NCBI GenBank assembly: GCA_008632985.1 | Contig: QPGO01000042.1 | Coordinates: forward strand, 186,001 to 250,000 | DNA length: 64,000 nt | Origin: Psammoneis japonica | Lineage: Eukaryota | Direction: 5' to 3' | Shown here: piece by piece, positions 13,268-26,209 of the stretch | Position numbering within the stretch: position 1 is the first letter of the stretch | Layout of the letters: every line of letters begins with the position of its first letter | Notes under the pieces: model-generated | The model's database searches: none | Told to the model about the DNA's origin: nothing | What the model saw: only the letters and a program-made list of their open reading frames with translations | Position numbers and translations under genes: made by a program

Positions 13268-13950
13268 CTATGGAATAAGCGTGTCGAGAAAGGCGAGCGC
13301 GGGCTTTTTTGTTCTTGCCTCTGCCACATCTTCGTATCTGCGTTGCGCACAATCAATGAACAGCAGAGTGTGACATGAGCAAACTATCCATTCAAAGCAA
13401 CCAGACATAAATCCAAAACGATAGCTTACCGGATTGTATTCCTTCCATGAGACTGGGCGGTGCTGTGGCTCTCCTTCGCTAGACTTTTGAGGAAAAGCTC
13501 GGCAGCAAAAGTCGCTGCAATAGCCGCCTCGTTCTGAACTGTTGCAATGTCTTTATCAAGTTTCATTGTGCGCTTTACTGATCGAAATGGAATAGTGAGT
13601 CCCTTGACAGCTGGTGCTCTGCCTCTACGAGCACTTCCACCTCCGACCGATCCGTGGCTTCTCGGTCTCTTCTTGGAGGTTGATTTGGGAGTCGCTGCTA
13701 CCTCCTCGTCTTCAGTAGTTTTCACATTCATCTCTTCGTGTTCTTCCTCGTCCTCTACACCTTCATGTACTGTCGTTTCTTCCTCGGACACTTCGGGCTC
13801 GTCGCCCTCTTCTCGCTCGTGGCTACTACTCAAATCGTCGCCGGCCGCCGCATGTTCGTCCTCAACGTTGCTTTCATCAGCTGAACCAATCGTCTCGTCC
13901 GGAGCTGGCAGATCGTAGGACATTATATCATCCTCTTCTGAAGAGCTCAT
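13268..13950 (-). CDS. H2A-like histone-fold protein (CHRAC1/POLE4/NF-YC family) with acidic N-terminus; intron 13338-13429
   Basis: IPFRSVKRTMKLDKD...EAAIAATFAAELFLKSLA...RNTIR joined by splicing to YEDVAEA...LAFLDTLIP*. Confidence 0.85.
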
Positions 13951-14748
13951 CGTTCGAATAGACGCAATTTAAGCTCCCTCGTTAGATAATCGTGGTTGAA
14001 TAAAACGTTGGCGTAGTAGGCGTTATGGTACACAAGAGTGGCACGATGCACGATGCAAGAGAAGAGCGATGAGCGAAAAATGCCGGTACCAGTAAAAAAC
14101 CGAATTGAGTCCTTATTTTTGCCATATGTTGAATGGCCATTTTTTGCCCATCATTGGCCTAAAACTGACCATTTCTTCGCATTTCCTAGCTTTTCATCAT
14201 CTCTTAAACAGTTCTTTGATGATAGTTGGTTGTGAAATGGGCTTGGGATTAGCTTAATCTAGCTGCAAAAGTTGCACCTTTTTCGCGTAATGACTCAATT
14301 CGGTCCCCCCTGTACATTTCTACGTGTCAATTACCAGCAAAAATATAACATAGGGCCCTCCCTCCAAATCAGCAAGAGCACGGAGAAGTGATGATATATG
14401 ATGTACGTGTCTTTATAAAAAAAACTACATGAGAATTGTTGAATCTCGTTTTCGCTTCAAAAAATACAAACGACCATGTTCGACGGCAACGGGCAGCCGG
14501 AGAAAACTGAAACACCCAAATCCAAACACATGGTCAGAAGCAGCAGCAATTGAAGATTATCACAGCAACAAAAACAGTTTGATTACTTGGTTTTTTTATC
14601 ATTTTATCGATCGATTCAACACATGGGTCGGACAAGGACTCAGTTCAGTCCTAAGGACTCAATTCGGTTTTTTACTGGCATTAGAGTACCGGTAGTACTT
14701 GTATGTCTAGTTAGCGAGAATGTGATGTGTTGAGGGACAGACCAGAGT

Positions 14749-17700
14749 TCAGAACCGGCGCGCCACGCGCAAGCGTGCGCTGCGCGCCGCTCTTGTTGTC
14801 CTGGTGCAGGGGATGCTCTTGTTGATCAGATGTCCCTGGTGATCCATGAACAGCTTCATCAACAGCATCACGGGCATGGCATTGTTAACTCCAACAAGTT
14901 CAGCTTCTGCACTGCTTTGAGTGTTGAGCTTCTGGCACTTCGAAATGGCCTGCAGCACTGCTGGCTGCAAGATTCCCTTCAGCCGCTGTTGACACGTCGG
15001 TTCAACACCCGCTGCTTGCACACAGTGACAACTCCTCTGGTGTGCCTCTTGAAATCAGGATGTGCTGCAAAGATGCGCCCACGTGTCACTTGACAACTCC
15101 AAGGTCCTTCACGCTCAATGCAGTCACTTCATTTCTCACATCTGGTCCATGTGCTTGAGAAAATGGACTGGCTTCCCCCAGTCCTTGTTGGCAGGTGCTG
15201 CTCTCACTTGCATGCACAATGAAGCAACAGTGGGGCACACATCCATTTGGCCTCTCTTGGACAGGAGTGGCCCCTTGGCCACCCACGTGTGGAAGGTCTG
15301 AGCCTTCACATCTGACAATTTTGTGCCACTGGTGTCAAATGTTTTTTCTCTGGCTGGTGTCACAGCAAAATCTGCACTCTTCTTTGACTTTTCTGAGAAA
15401 CTGATCAATCATCTTGCAATTGCAGCTGTCCATGTCAACTTTCACTTTGCCCTTCTGGCTGAAGTCCAAGGTCACACCAAGATGGTCATGCCACATGGTC
15501 ATGACTTCACAATGGCTTCCACACAGCTTGTTTGGCCAGCTTGGAAATGTGTTGTTTGCTTTTGCACTCCTGTGGTTCAACAATGGGACATTCAAATGGA
15601 ATCAAATTGTGCACTGCTTGCCACTGGCCATTTGATTGGCAATGCATGGATTGTGTGGGTCAAACTCAAGCCCCATCTTTTCCAAGTCTTTGCAAAATTG
15701 ATTGCAATGTGGCAGAGCTGTGACTGGCACACCGCAGATGGCTCTGATGTGAGTTGGACACACAAAGAGCTCTCTTGCCTTTTTCCATGACCAATGTGGT
15801 CTGTGTGGGTTGGGATCAATGCTTGCCAGCATGTCAACCAACACTCCTGCAATCTTCATCACAATCTGATCTTTGCCTTTTCCAGGCTCTGGCATCATTG
15901 TCTGCGTGAATGCATTTGGTCCATTGGCACTCATTTCATGGCATCCTTTGTGAGCATCAATGTCCCTTCAAGGGATGCAGAGTGGGGCTGGTTGACTCAT
16001 CCTTGTCCAGCCACTCTTGGGTCAGCTTGCCATCACAGACCATTTGACCTTTTGTGCAACTGTCTTGTTTCTCAGTTGGGAACATCAAGGCTGCCATTGC
16101 CTTGGTCCTTTCAGTCAGAGTCACATCCTTGAATGACACTGCTGGTGCAAAGCACACTTGGTCATGTGGCTGTCTGATTTCTTTCTCTGAGACATTGTGC
16201 CCCTTCTGACTGAATGTTTTGAGGCCTTTGTGGAGCAAATGATGTTGCTGGGCACAATGTGCACCCCCTCTCTGCTTTTGAGTCAGTTGTTGATGTCATG
16301 CATGAAGCATGCAAGCACCATTTCTGTCTCCCCTTTGTGTTTGGCATCATCCTCTGGATTGGGTTTTACATCAGTGTGCAGATGGTGATGGCAGTGCTCA
16401 AGCTTGCACTGCTCTTTTGCTGCACTGCTGGCACCTGCCACTCCTGCAAATCAACCTTTCTTGTCCCTGTGTTGTTCATGTTAAAAGATGTGCTGAGCCC
16501 TTTTCCACCTCCTGCAGTTCTGCTTGGTGTGGCTCTTGCTTCTTCCTCCAATTGCTCACCTTCCCATCTGGCGTCTTCTGGGAATCTTTGTCCTCTTTGG
16601 ACTTTTCACTGTCACAGTGCTCATTGTTTTCTGGGTCTTCCTTGACCTCTTGCTCTTCTTGAGCTTTGGGCTGTCAGTCAGGGCTGGACCTTTTGTCAGC
16701 CAGTGTGTCATTTGCTTTGTTGCAATCACCACCTGAGTCAGGAGGTTTGTTTTCACAGTGTGCCATGTGGAGGGAGGGACAGACCATTGCAGAGTGAACC
16801 AGATGGATGGACGGGTCCGTGGACAGACAGATTGGACAATGATGATGACCATGTTGCAGTGTTCCTCTCTGTTGGTGCCTTGAGAAACGTTCCCACCCTG
16901 ACAATTTTGGCCGCAAAACACAACAATTTAGACAAATTTGTGCATTTACATGCTCCAGGCTGGGGTCAAATTTGAACAGCAAAAAAAGATCAAAATCACA
17001 TGTCAGGCTTGGTGAGGATGCCACACTGTGCAGCACTGTTGTTTGCAATGCTCTCTAGACAGTCCAGTGGAGAGACACCACAACCTTGTCAGCAACAATT
17101 GTTGTCCATTTTGCAATTGCTCTGCAGTGACTTGAGACTCATGATGATGCCAGTGAAGGACAGAAGAAAAACATCTGATGTCCAATCCACTGGCAAGGGA
17201 GGTGCAGAGAGAGCAGAAAGATGCATGAAACAATGGCACCCCAGCAAGAATGCAGCAGGTGAAACTGCCAAATGAAATTTCCACAGCATGTGAGGTGCCA
17301 AAAGGCACTGGACTTAAAAACTCTTGCTGCCCAGCAATGGCCCAAATCCATTTCAAAGAGTGAGAAACACAGAGCAAGTTGCAGAGAAGGGCTGCACACA
17401 ATGGAGCAAGGCACTGCAAGGCACATTGCCCATGCTGTTGTGCAAAACATTGAACCCCACCAGCGTTGTTGTCCTGGCTTGCAAAAAGGTCAATGAAATG
17501 AGTGCACACAGCCTTGTTCATCATCACATTCCATCACAATGGAGCACAAGCCTTGTTGTTCTTGTGCACCAAAAATCTCATTTTCTTGACTTTTGACTGT
17601 CAATCAAAAAGAACCTGCAGCACGCAACAAAGAACCACCTCAATGTGACATCAGATCATGCAGTCCTGTGATGATTTGGCGCCAAGTCTGCAGATGCACA
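14749..17700 (-). mobile_element. Decayed Ty1/Copia (CoDi-like) retrotransposon pol (RT, RNase H; probable integrase remnant)
   Basis: RNase H remnant QKLNTQSSAEAELVGVN. RT remnants KGLKTFSQKG...AMAALMFPTEKQD...GQMVCDGK and PNAFTQT...IVMKIAGVLVDML. Many stops and frameshifts. Confidence 0.85.
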
Positions 17701-17899
17701 GTTTGTGAAAAATCCCAATGCAGAATCTGAAGAAGAGAAAAAAAGACATCAAAACTGCAATTGGTCAACATGGTCATCATGAGCCACAACAACAACAACA
17801 AATAAAAATTCTGACAACTTGATCACATCAAGCAAAGTCTCATTGACCTGTCTCTTGTGCACTCTAACCTTCGCAACAGTCATTTGTGGTGCATGAATG

Positions 17900-20800
17900 G
17901 ATGTGTTCATGGAAGTGCAGCCATTGTGATGTTGCACAGATTGGAGAAAAAAAAGTGGGAGAGCTTGTGATGAAACTGCATTTGTGTTGCATCCAAACCT
18001 TCGGGGGGGGGGGGGGGGGGGGCTCAGCAGTTGGCCACCCACACAAGCAGGGTGACATCATGTGCACAACATTCCTGGCTGCGGCAATCCTGGCACTGAT
18101 TCTGCGAGACATCACATGAAACATTGCATTTTGCATGTGAAAAACACATGCCAGCAATTGATTCCTGGCCCCCAACTGCGACAAACTCATGTGCATGTGT
18201 TCAGAGGAAGCCTTCAAATGCCACCATGTGTGCAAATTTTTCTCACCTGATTGATGCAGGTCACACACACACACATGATGGTTGACCCCATCGATTGCAG
18301 TTGTGGGTCAGATGAGCTGTCATCAATGCAAGATCTTGTTTGAGATGACTTGGTAAAAAGGGAAAAATTGTGAGGGAACCAAGAAGAAACCCCCATGAGC
18401 TCATCACTGGTCAGAGGCCTTCTGATGGTGCCTTGAACATCCAATGCATTGGTTGGCATGCATGCATCAGAGAGGGTGCACTCAGTCACAGAGCACATGT
18501 CCCCAATTTGTTCACTCTTCCCGCCCTCCACAGTGCACTTGACTCAAACTCAAAACTGGACACATGCCAAGAAGGGAACCCAAGATGTTGGCAAGAAACC
18601 CTCAACTCTGACATGGCACCACACAATGAACATCAATTCCCTCAATGACATGCGGTGCTTGCAGCACCAAAACAGTCCTGTGGGCATGGACTTGCACAAT
18701 TTGAAATGGACCATGAGCTTGAGCATTCAGCTTTGATGGATTCACAGACTTGATCAATGCATCTTTTCCAACCAGACAATCACAGGAGCAATGCTTTGTG
18801 TGTCCCATCTTCACAGATTCTTGTCAATTGGCACTTGATGGTTGGCTTGAATCACAGCAAGATTGGAGACAACAGGTGGATCCAAATTCACATTGCATTG
18901 AAAAACCAGTGCTCCACTTGAAATGCCCACAGACCTTGAGTGGGAGCATTGCAATGCATGAGATGCTGTGTGGCAAGGGCATTGTCCACTGTCCCTTCAG
19001 CCTGCTGAACATTCAAAGGAGGGTTGGCAACAACCACAGTGCACAAAATGTCAGCTGCCATCTGGTGCACAATTTGTTCACAGACAGCATTGGCTGTTTG
19101 ACCATGAGCCATCATTGGAGCATCAGCAACATCCGCTTGATTCAGTGACATTTGAAATTCCCAACCAATGAACTTGCCACCCATGTCATGGATGCATCAA
19201 TTTGGTCTGGGACAAGGAGCCAACCAGAGGTTGTGAAAAAGTTGTTGGCAATGTGCTGAGAAATTTTGATGTCAATGCAAATGAGCTCAGTCAATCCAGC
19301 AACAGCATCAACGCAGGTGAGAGCACTGAACTTAATCTCTTGACCTTAAATTGGAATCTTCCAAGGCCCAACAAGGTCAACTGCAACTTCCAACCACGGA
19401 GCTGAAGGCGCTTGACGCTGTGGCAATTCTCCACATCCAGGACCACCAAGCTGTTTAAGACGTGGACACACATCACAAACAAATTCATTGCAACATCAAT
19501 GCAATGCAGGATGACACAAGTGAGTGTGGATGCTCTCATGCAGGTGGACGACTCCACAGTGGCCCAACACCCTGTGACAACAAGTGAGAACTTCAGGCAA
19601 CAATGCCGCAGGAGTGCAAATCTTGCAAGCTCCAGGCAGGTCATTCAATTGAAGATGACAACAATGAGAGGGGGCTGGCTTGCAATCTTGACCAGAAATT
19701 GCTGAGGATTCTGATGTCATTGCTGATCCAATTGATTGTCTTTGAACTGAAACTGCTGTGCACCCACAATGTTTTGGTGGGACTTGGCATCTCATCCAAT
19801 GTTGGGCAGTTCAAAAAGCATTCAAACAATTCTGGCTCATCAAGAAAAGAAGAAAAGGCATGCAATTCATCAGAATGATCAACAGGATCATGGAAACACT
19901 TGAACCTGCAAGTGCCTGACTCCAAATCTTCCTCTGCCTTGCTCACTTTGCTGCTGTCAAACTTTTCAAAATGAACAATTCTGCCTTTGCTCTCACTGAT
20001 CAGACCAAGGCTCTTCCCCTCTAAAGGCAGATCCATGCACGGAAGACAAAAAAAGCAATTGGCAAGCACACTGTCCTTGCCTTCAACATGCTCAAACGCA
20101 GGCACAAAATCTTCAAGGTGCAGGTGCCACTGGAGGATGTGCTGTGCATTCAAAGTGCAAAAGGTGAGATTTCTGTGGTCAGTGTGAGTGGAAATGTCAG
20201 TGCCAAACAACATGGTGCAGGATTGTTTGAAGCACACAACAACTGCAAGAAGCTCTTTTTCCATTGTTGAACAATTGCGCTGAGCAGCTGAGAGCTTCTT
20301 TTGGACCAATGTGCAAAAACATGGAACAGCAGGTCATGGTTTGGACAAGCAGAGAGCACTTCTGAAGCAATGACGGCCTTCATTTCTTCAAATGCCTTTT
20401 GACAAGTGCCCAGCCAGTGGAGCTGGCTCTTGTCTGTCAACTCTGTCAAAGGTGCACAAGCAAGTGAGAATGACAAGGCCATGCATTGCAACAGTGGGTC
20501 ACAGCACCCAAGAACAAACACAGTTGTGTGGCATTCTCTGGAGGTTGCATGCAAAGGATGGCTTTGACTTTCTTCTTCCACAACTTGCCTTTGTTTGGCG
20601 TGAGCTGATGCTGAAAAAAAAATCCACGTCTGCACACACCACTTGCATTCCAACGGGTTCACTTTCAAACTGTTCTCCTTGAGACAATGTGGCACTTCAT
20701 TGAGACAAGAGAGATGGGAGCATGAGTCAGCATCAAAAAGCACCAACATCATCAATGTGCACTTCAATGTCCAAACCATGTGAGATCATTCTGATGACAA

Positions 20801-22429
20801 ACTGCACAACATCCGGAGCCGGTTTCAGTCCTGCTGCCATCCAACAACACTGGAACTTGCAGTGGAGCACTGCAATCATTGCTGGCTCCTTGCTCTCTTT
20901 GTCTCAAATTCTAAATTGCAATGGAGCATTGTGAGATCAATCTTGGTGAAGAACTTGCATGCTGCTCTCTGCTGTAATGCATCTTGAATCACTGGCAGCA
21001 GACAGACCTTTTGCTTGAGCACTTTGTTCAATTTGCCAGAATCAGATGCCCAGAGCACTCTGCCATCTTTCTCTGGAATGACAAAAGCCCACACTGCCCA
21101 TTCTGCAGATCCACTTGGTTGTTGCACTCCCAGCTCCACCAAATGCTGCAGCTCCTTCTCCTTGAGTGCTTTTTCATTGGCAACTCAGCAAATGGTTTTG
21201 AGTGACAGGGCATGGCATTTTCATCTGCTTCAAGGTGTGCCTTTTCATGAGGATGATGGTCTGAAGTTCCATCAAACAACATGGAACACTTCTCCAATGC
21301 TGCTGGCAGCTTTGTCTTCTTTTCTTCATTCAAATGATCCAAACCTCAAATGACCTCTAAAGGATCCGCGTCACTTGGCACTTGGCATCCAAAACACAGC
21401 TGTCATGTCCATCTTCACAGCCACAAAATTTGACTTGTCCACGTGGTTGTCATCAACTTGTCCATTTGACAAAGGGCTGCATGCCAGTTGCAGGTCTTGG
21501 AGCAATGATGAGGCTCCTTCCTGCCTGGGGGTCACATGGTCTGGCCAGCACAGGCTTCTTGCATTGCAGTTCAAATGGATGAGTCCAATCTTGTCTAAGA
21601 AATCTCAGCCCAAAATGACATCACACGCACACAGAGCATCAAACACGTGAGCCACACAGTCATCTGCTCTTCTTGTCTTGTTGAATTCTGGCAGCGCAAT
21701 GTTGCTTGGAACTGCCCATCAACCTGACTGAAAAGGACCTGCTGCCATTTGAAATTTTCAAACTCCATGCACGTTGATGGAAGGTGCTGCTCCATGAGGA
21801 GGCAAAACTCAAGATGAAACCACAGTGTGAGAACCACCTGAGTCAAACACAACTTGCATCATGCAATTTGATTCTTGTGACTGAATTGATCTTGAACAAG
21901 CAGAGTGGATGGCACCAATGCAGCTTGCAAAACTTTTGCAAACTCATTTTGGGGAGAGAAGTGCTGCACTCAAACACGTCTTGACCATCTTGATCAAACA
22001 CATCCCTCTTTTCATTCATGTGATTTTCTGCAGCATCTTCAAATTCAACAGGCAACAATTTGTTGGGGTCTTCACAACAACCAAAAGCAAAACATTGATC
22101 ATTCTTGATTTCAGGTCAAACAGACTCATTTGCACTCACAAATGCTTCACATGTGGGCTCACATTTCACACACAGGCAATTGGGGGCATTCAGCTCCTTC
22201 TTCTCAGAACTGCCAAGGAAACTGCCCATCTGGCTGAAACCTCACCACTCCTTCTTGATGTGGAGGGCCTCATCAGATCACATCAAAATGGTGTGCATCA
22301 CCACGAGGAGCTTCTTGAGCCTGGTTGTCATTCACATCTGCTTGAGCAGCATGGCCATTGGTCTGTCCTTGACCACCACAGTTGTTGCAATCACTTGCCT
22401 GCAACAATGCTGGCCACTGCCTTGGTTCC

Positions 22430-22466
<37 letters not shown>

Positions 22467-23150
22467 CCCATTGTGGTTGTTGTTGCAATTGTTGTGACAG
22501 GGGCCACGACCTTGTTGGTTCTGGCTTCTGTGACCACCACAGCATCCACCACCATGTTGGCCATGACCACTGCAGTCTCCTTGAGAGTGACTTCTGCCTC
22601 AGCCTCCTCCACCATGGCCACCACCACAACCGCCACACAGCTCTGACGTCCACAACAATTGGGGTCATTCAGGTTGTCACAACACCAGCCCCAGGCATGC
22701 CTTCCTTGATGCCATGGGACCAACACACATCACTGGCCTTTGGCTTGCTCTTTCTGCTTCACTTGTCATGATTGACCTGCTTGTCACTGGAGTTTCTGCC
22801 ATTGCTGTCATCAGACTTGCATTTCTCATCATCCTGACCATTGACAAACACTTTCTCATTGCTTGTGCAGGTGTGAACATCCACCATGGAGTCTGCAACA
22901 AAATTCTTGCCCACATGAATGTGGGGCTGCTGCCATGCCAGCAGCAGAAAAGTGTGGAAAACTGCACTCTTCTGCTCCTGCTCTGTCAGCTCTGGAACAG
23001 CTCCAGGCAAATGGCTGGCACAATGGAAAAGAGTTTGAACAACTGCTGCCATGACAGCTGGGAATTGGGTGTGTGACAAGACAGAGTGTTGAACAGCATC
23101 AACAGGTTCTAGAATTGTGAGGTGTTGCACTGCTGGGACCACTGATTGAG
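17900..23150 (-). mobile_element. Decayed Ty3/Gypsy (GyDi-like) retrotransposon: gag-pol plus probable 3' LTR
   Basis: RNase H KLSAAQRNCSTMEKELLAVV...HTDHRNLTF. RT FVIPEKDGRV...LPVIQD...FFTKIDLTM. Gag H-x3-H-x-W-x2-C knuckle-like motif (~22670-22720). Polypurine tract GGAGGGCGGGAAGAG followed by TG at ~18514. Confidence 0.85.
22432..22466. repeat. (TTG)n microsatellite within the Gypsy gag region
   Basis: Directly visible TTG run. Confidence 0.9.
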
Positions 23151-23199
23151 CAACAGTTGTCTAATTGCCAACAACACATAAACTGCCTGTGTTTGTGAC

Positions 23200-25445
23200 A
23201 GTGTGTCAGCATTTATTTAGTCCCCTTGAACTGACACCAGCTTGGCTCAAGTCAGATCGACAGACAAATGCAGCCTGATGCTGCCCCATTCCAGGGCAGC
23301 ATTTTAGATTTTGGGGGTGGGAAAAGCTGCACCTGCACGGCAAACCCATTGGGTTTGTCCCCTTTTGGGACTCACCATAAAGTGTGACTTACAATTTCCC
23401 GGAGATTTGGTCCAGGCAACAACCCAGTCAGCACGTCCGTCAGATTTGTGTGTCCGTCTTCCCAAGCAATGCGCACTGTTCCAGTGGCTTGGGCCTCACG
23501 AGTCCTGTGATGGGCAAATGCATTGTGTTTCTTCTTCAATGTAAACTCTGGTCTAGTTGAGTTCTTGAAGACAGCTTCATTGTCGCAAAAGATGTTGGTG
23601 GCCCCATCCATGGGCATTTCAAGCATCCGAAGCTTGCAGCGCAATGCTTTGATCTCCTCCACTGCAGTCTTCATCCCAACAAACTCTGACCCAAAAGCAG
23701 AGGACTCTATGGCATTCTGCTCTTTAGAGCAGCATGATGTGGCTGGGTGCTTGATGGATGAATGTCTGCATCACACGGCATCCAGTGTGATCAGCATCAA
23801 CAAAGCAAGCACTGGTCACTCTGTTCCCATGTGTCTCTGGCATTTTTGGTGGCATTGGCTCAGCTGCGCCAGGGCAACATTCTTCCCAGTCGCACTTTGC
23901 AAATCAGCTCTCAAAAAGGCAGGCTCAGTGTTGTTGAACACCAGCACAGACTTGGGATGAGCCTTCAAGTGTGCAAAGACATGGAGCACCTCATCCAGGT
24001 GTCCAACTTGTGGTGCTGCCAGGTGGGAGGACATGAGCGAGACAGTGACAAAAATGTCCACACACCCCAGTTCAACTGCCCAATGGAGCACACCGACAAG
24101 GCCTTGGCAGCAGTTGGCCGTTTTGGCATTCAACTCAGGTGAACCGTCCAGTTCAGGCCTGCATCCCAAGCTCAAGGGTGTCAACACCTTCGTCAGAAGA
24201 CGTCTGTCAGTTTTCTCAACCTCCAGTTCAACATCAGCTAATGCCCTTTTGACATGAAAGTCAGAGGACACAGCCCAGCGTGTCTTGCCATCCGCGTCAG
24301 ACAACTGGCACTTTCTGATTTGGGCACCTGAGTGCTCTTCCGGCTTGCAGACACTTCCATGCTTGAGCGTGCACCTGGAGCTCACACAGTCCATGACCTT
24401 TTGGGGCTCATGGGAGACGCACAACAGGTTGTCTACAACACAGACAAGTGCATGTTCCCAGTGCTCAAAGCCATCTGGCTTTACGGCAGGGCACATCCAG
24501 ACGTCTGGGTTGGCCTTGCAAGACTCGAAACCAGCGTCACGCAAGGTCACTGCCATGTGTTCTCCAAATCATGCACCTGGCGACTTGAGACCACACAAGG
24601 CTCGGACAACAATGACCGGCCTTCCCACATTGTGCTTCCCAAATTCCAGGCCAGCCACAGCACATAACTTCTCCTCAGTGTGTGCGTTCAGGTGGGGGGC
24701 ATTCTGCACATTGGCGCTCAAGACCTCCAGATCATTGAGAGCGGCAATGGCGAACACTGTCCTGACACTGTCAAGCGACACCATGCTAGAATGTGTCAGT
24801 TCTTTGGGCAGATTGGTTTGGTGGCCTCTGGCCATGAACCTTGCTTTGCATTGGAGGGTGCTCTTAATGTCAAAGACCACGTGACAGTCAATGTGCTTGT
24901 GCCCGACTGGTGCAGCGTCGTTGTCTCGGAACTTGAACGCAGGCATGACGTTGCACATTTCCTTTTCTACAGCCTTGAACCAGAAGTCAGTCCCCATTCT
25001 GTTGTCTGTCTCTAGAGCTTCCTCAACAGATTTCAGGAGTTAAATTCCAAACTTGTGCGTGCCTTTCCAGCAACGCGAAGACTTGACCTTCTCTTCAAGA
25101 CCCCAGTCCTGCGACGCAGCACGTCTCTGACCCACCAGCCAAATGTCAAATGCTGGCTCACTGGCTGCCTTGTTCACCACAGCATGCTTGGCAACCTCAA
25201 CTGGGTTTGATTCCTTCAAATCCTTGAGAGGAATCCAGGACGCAGTCCTGTCCTTCCATTTGACTTGCACATCCTGGCCTGCAGTCGTCATCCCAGGTGC
25301 ACGCCTGCCATTCTCAGTTGTCATGTGCACCCGTCGTCAGCCTTTACGGCATGAGCATCACTTTGGTGATCAACTGTCTCCTTCAGGATTTGGTGGGCAT
25401 TGCCTTTGGAGTCCACTTGTGAGAATGGATTCTCTGCAATTACGT
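23200..25445 (-). mobile_element. Decayed Ty1/Copia (CoDi-like) pol: RT + RNase H, 5'-truncated
   Basis: WKDRTASWIPLKDLKESNPVEVA; HIDCHVVFDIK..CKARFMARGH; VVRALCGLKS; CKANPDVW...VCVVDNLL; FCDNEAVFKNS...LKKKHNAFAHH...NLTDVLT. Confidence 0.92.
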
Positions 25446-25465
25446 TAGCAGCACAAGAGTCCACA

Positions 25466-26165
25466 TCCGATCTTTTCCGATCTTGAACGCATTTTTCCTA
25501 CAGTGCCTGATCGACGTAGGTCACACCACCTAACGGTCGAGCGTTGAATTTGTCTTGCTGTCCGATGCTTTCCGATGTTGAACGCATTTTTCCTACCTGA
25601 CCGACGTAGGTCACATATATTTAACGGTGGACCGTTGATTTTAGTCGTGGATCACACGAACTGTCGCCAATCCCTAAGTGATCTGACATCTTGCAGTCAT
25701 CTTGTTTGAAAGTATCCGATCTTTTCCGATCTTGAACGCATTTTTCCTACCTGATCGACGTAGGTCACACCACCTAACGGTCGAGCGTTGAATTTGTCTT
25801 GCTGTCCGATGCTTTCCGATGTTGAACGCATTTTTCCTACCTGACGGACGTAGGTCACATATATTTAACGGTGGACCGTTGATTTTAGTCGTGGATCACA
25901 CGAACCTTGCAGTCATCTTGTTTGAAAGTATCCGATCTTTTCCGATCTTGAACGCATTTTTCCTACCTGATCGACCTACCATAGGTCACACCACCTAACG
26001 GTCGAGCGTTGAATTTGTCTTGCTGTCCGATGTTTTCCGATGTTGAACGCATTTTTCCTACGTACCTGATCGACGTACTGTAGGTCGTACCGGTAGGTCA
26101 CACATACACACCTACCGGTAACGTTCGAGCGTTGAGGAGTACTCGTATCCGATCTTTTCCGATGC
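25466..26165. repeat. Tandem array of ~90-155 bp units with alternating A/B higher-order structure
   Basis: Core TCCGAT..TTTCCGAT.TTGAACGCATTTTTCCTACCTGA.CGACGTAGGTCACA starts at ~25466, 25561, 25715, 25805, 25931 and 26026, with a partial unit at 26148. Confidence 0.95.
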
Positions 26166-26209
26166 TGGTGAGCCCCGCACTTCAGTTGTGACTATGAATA
26201 GGGCAATGA

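Noticed and set aside
25466..26165. Possible CRISPR array
   Set aside because: The intervening sequences are themselves repeated (A/B alternation), the units are too long, there are no cas genes, and the context is eukaryotic.
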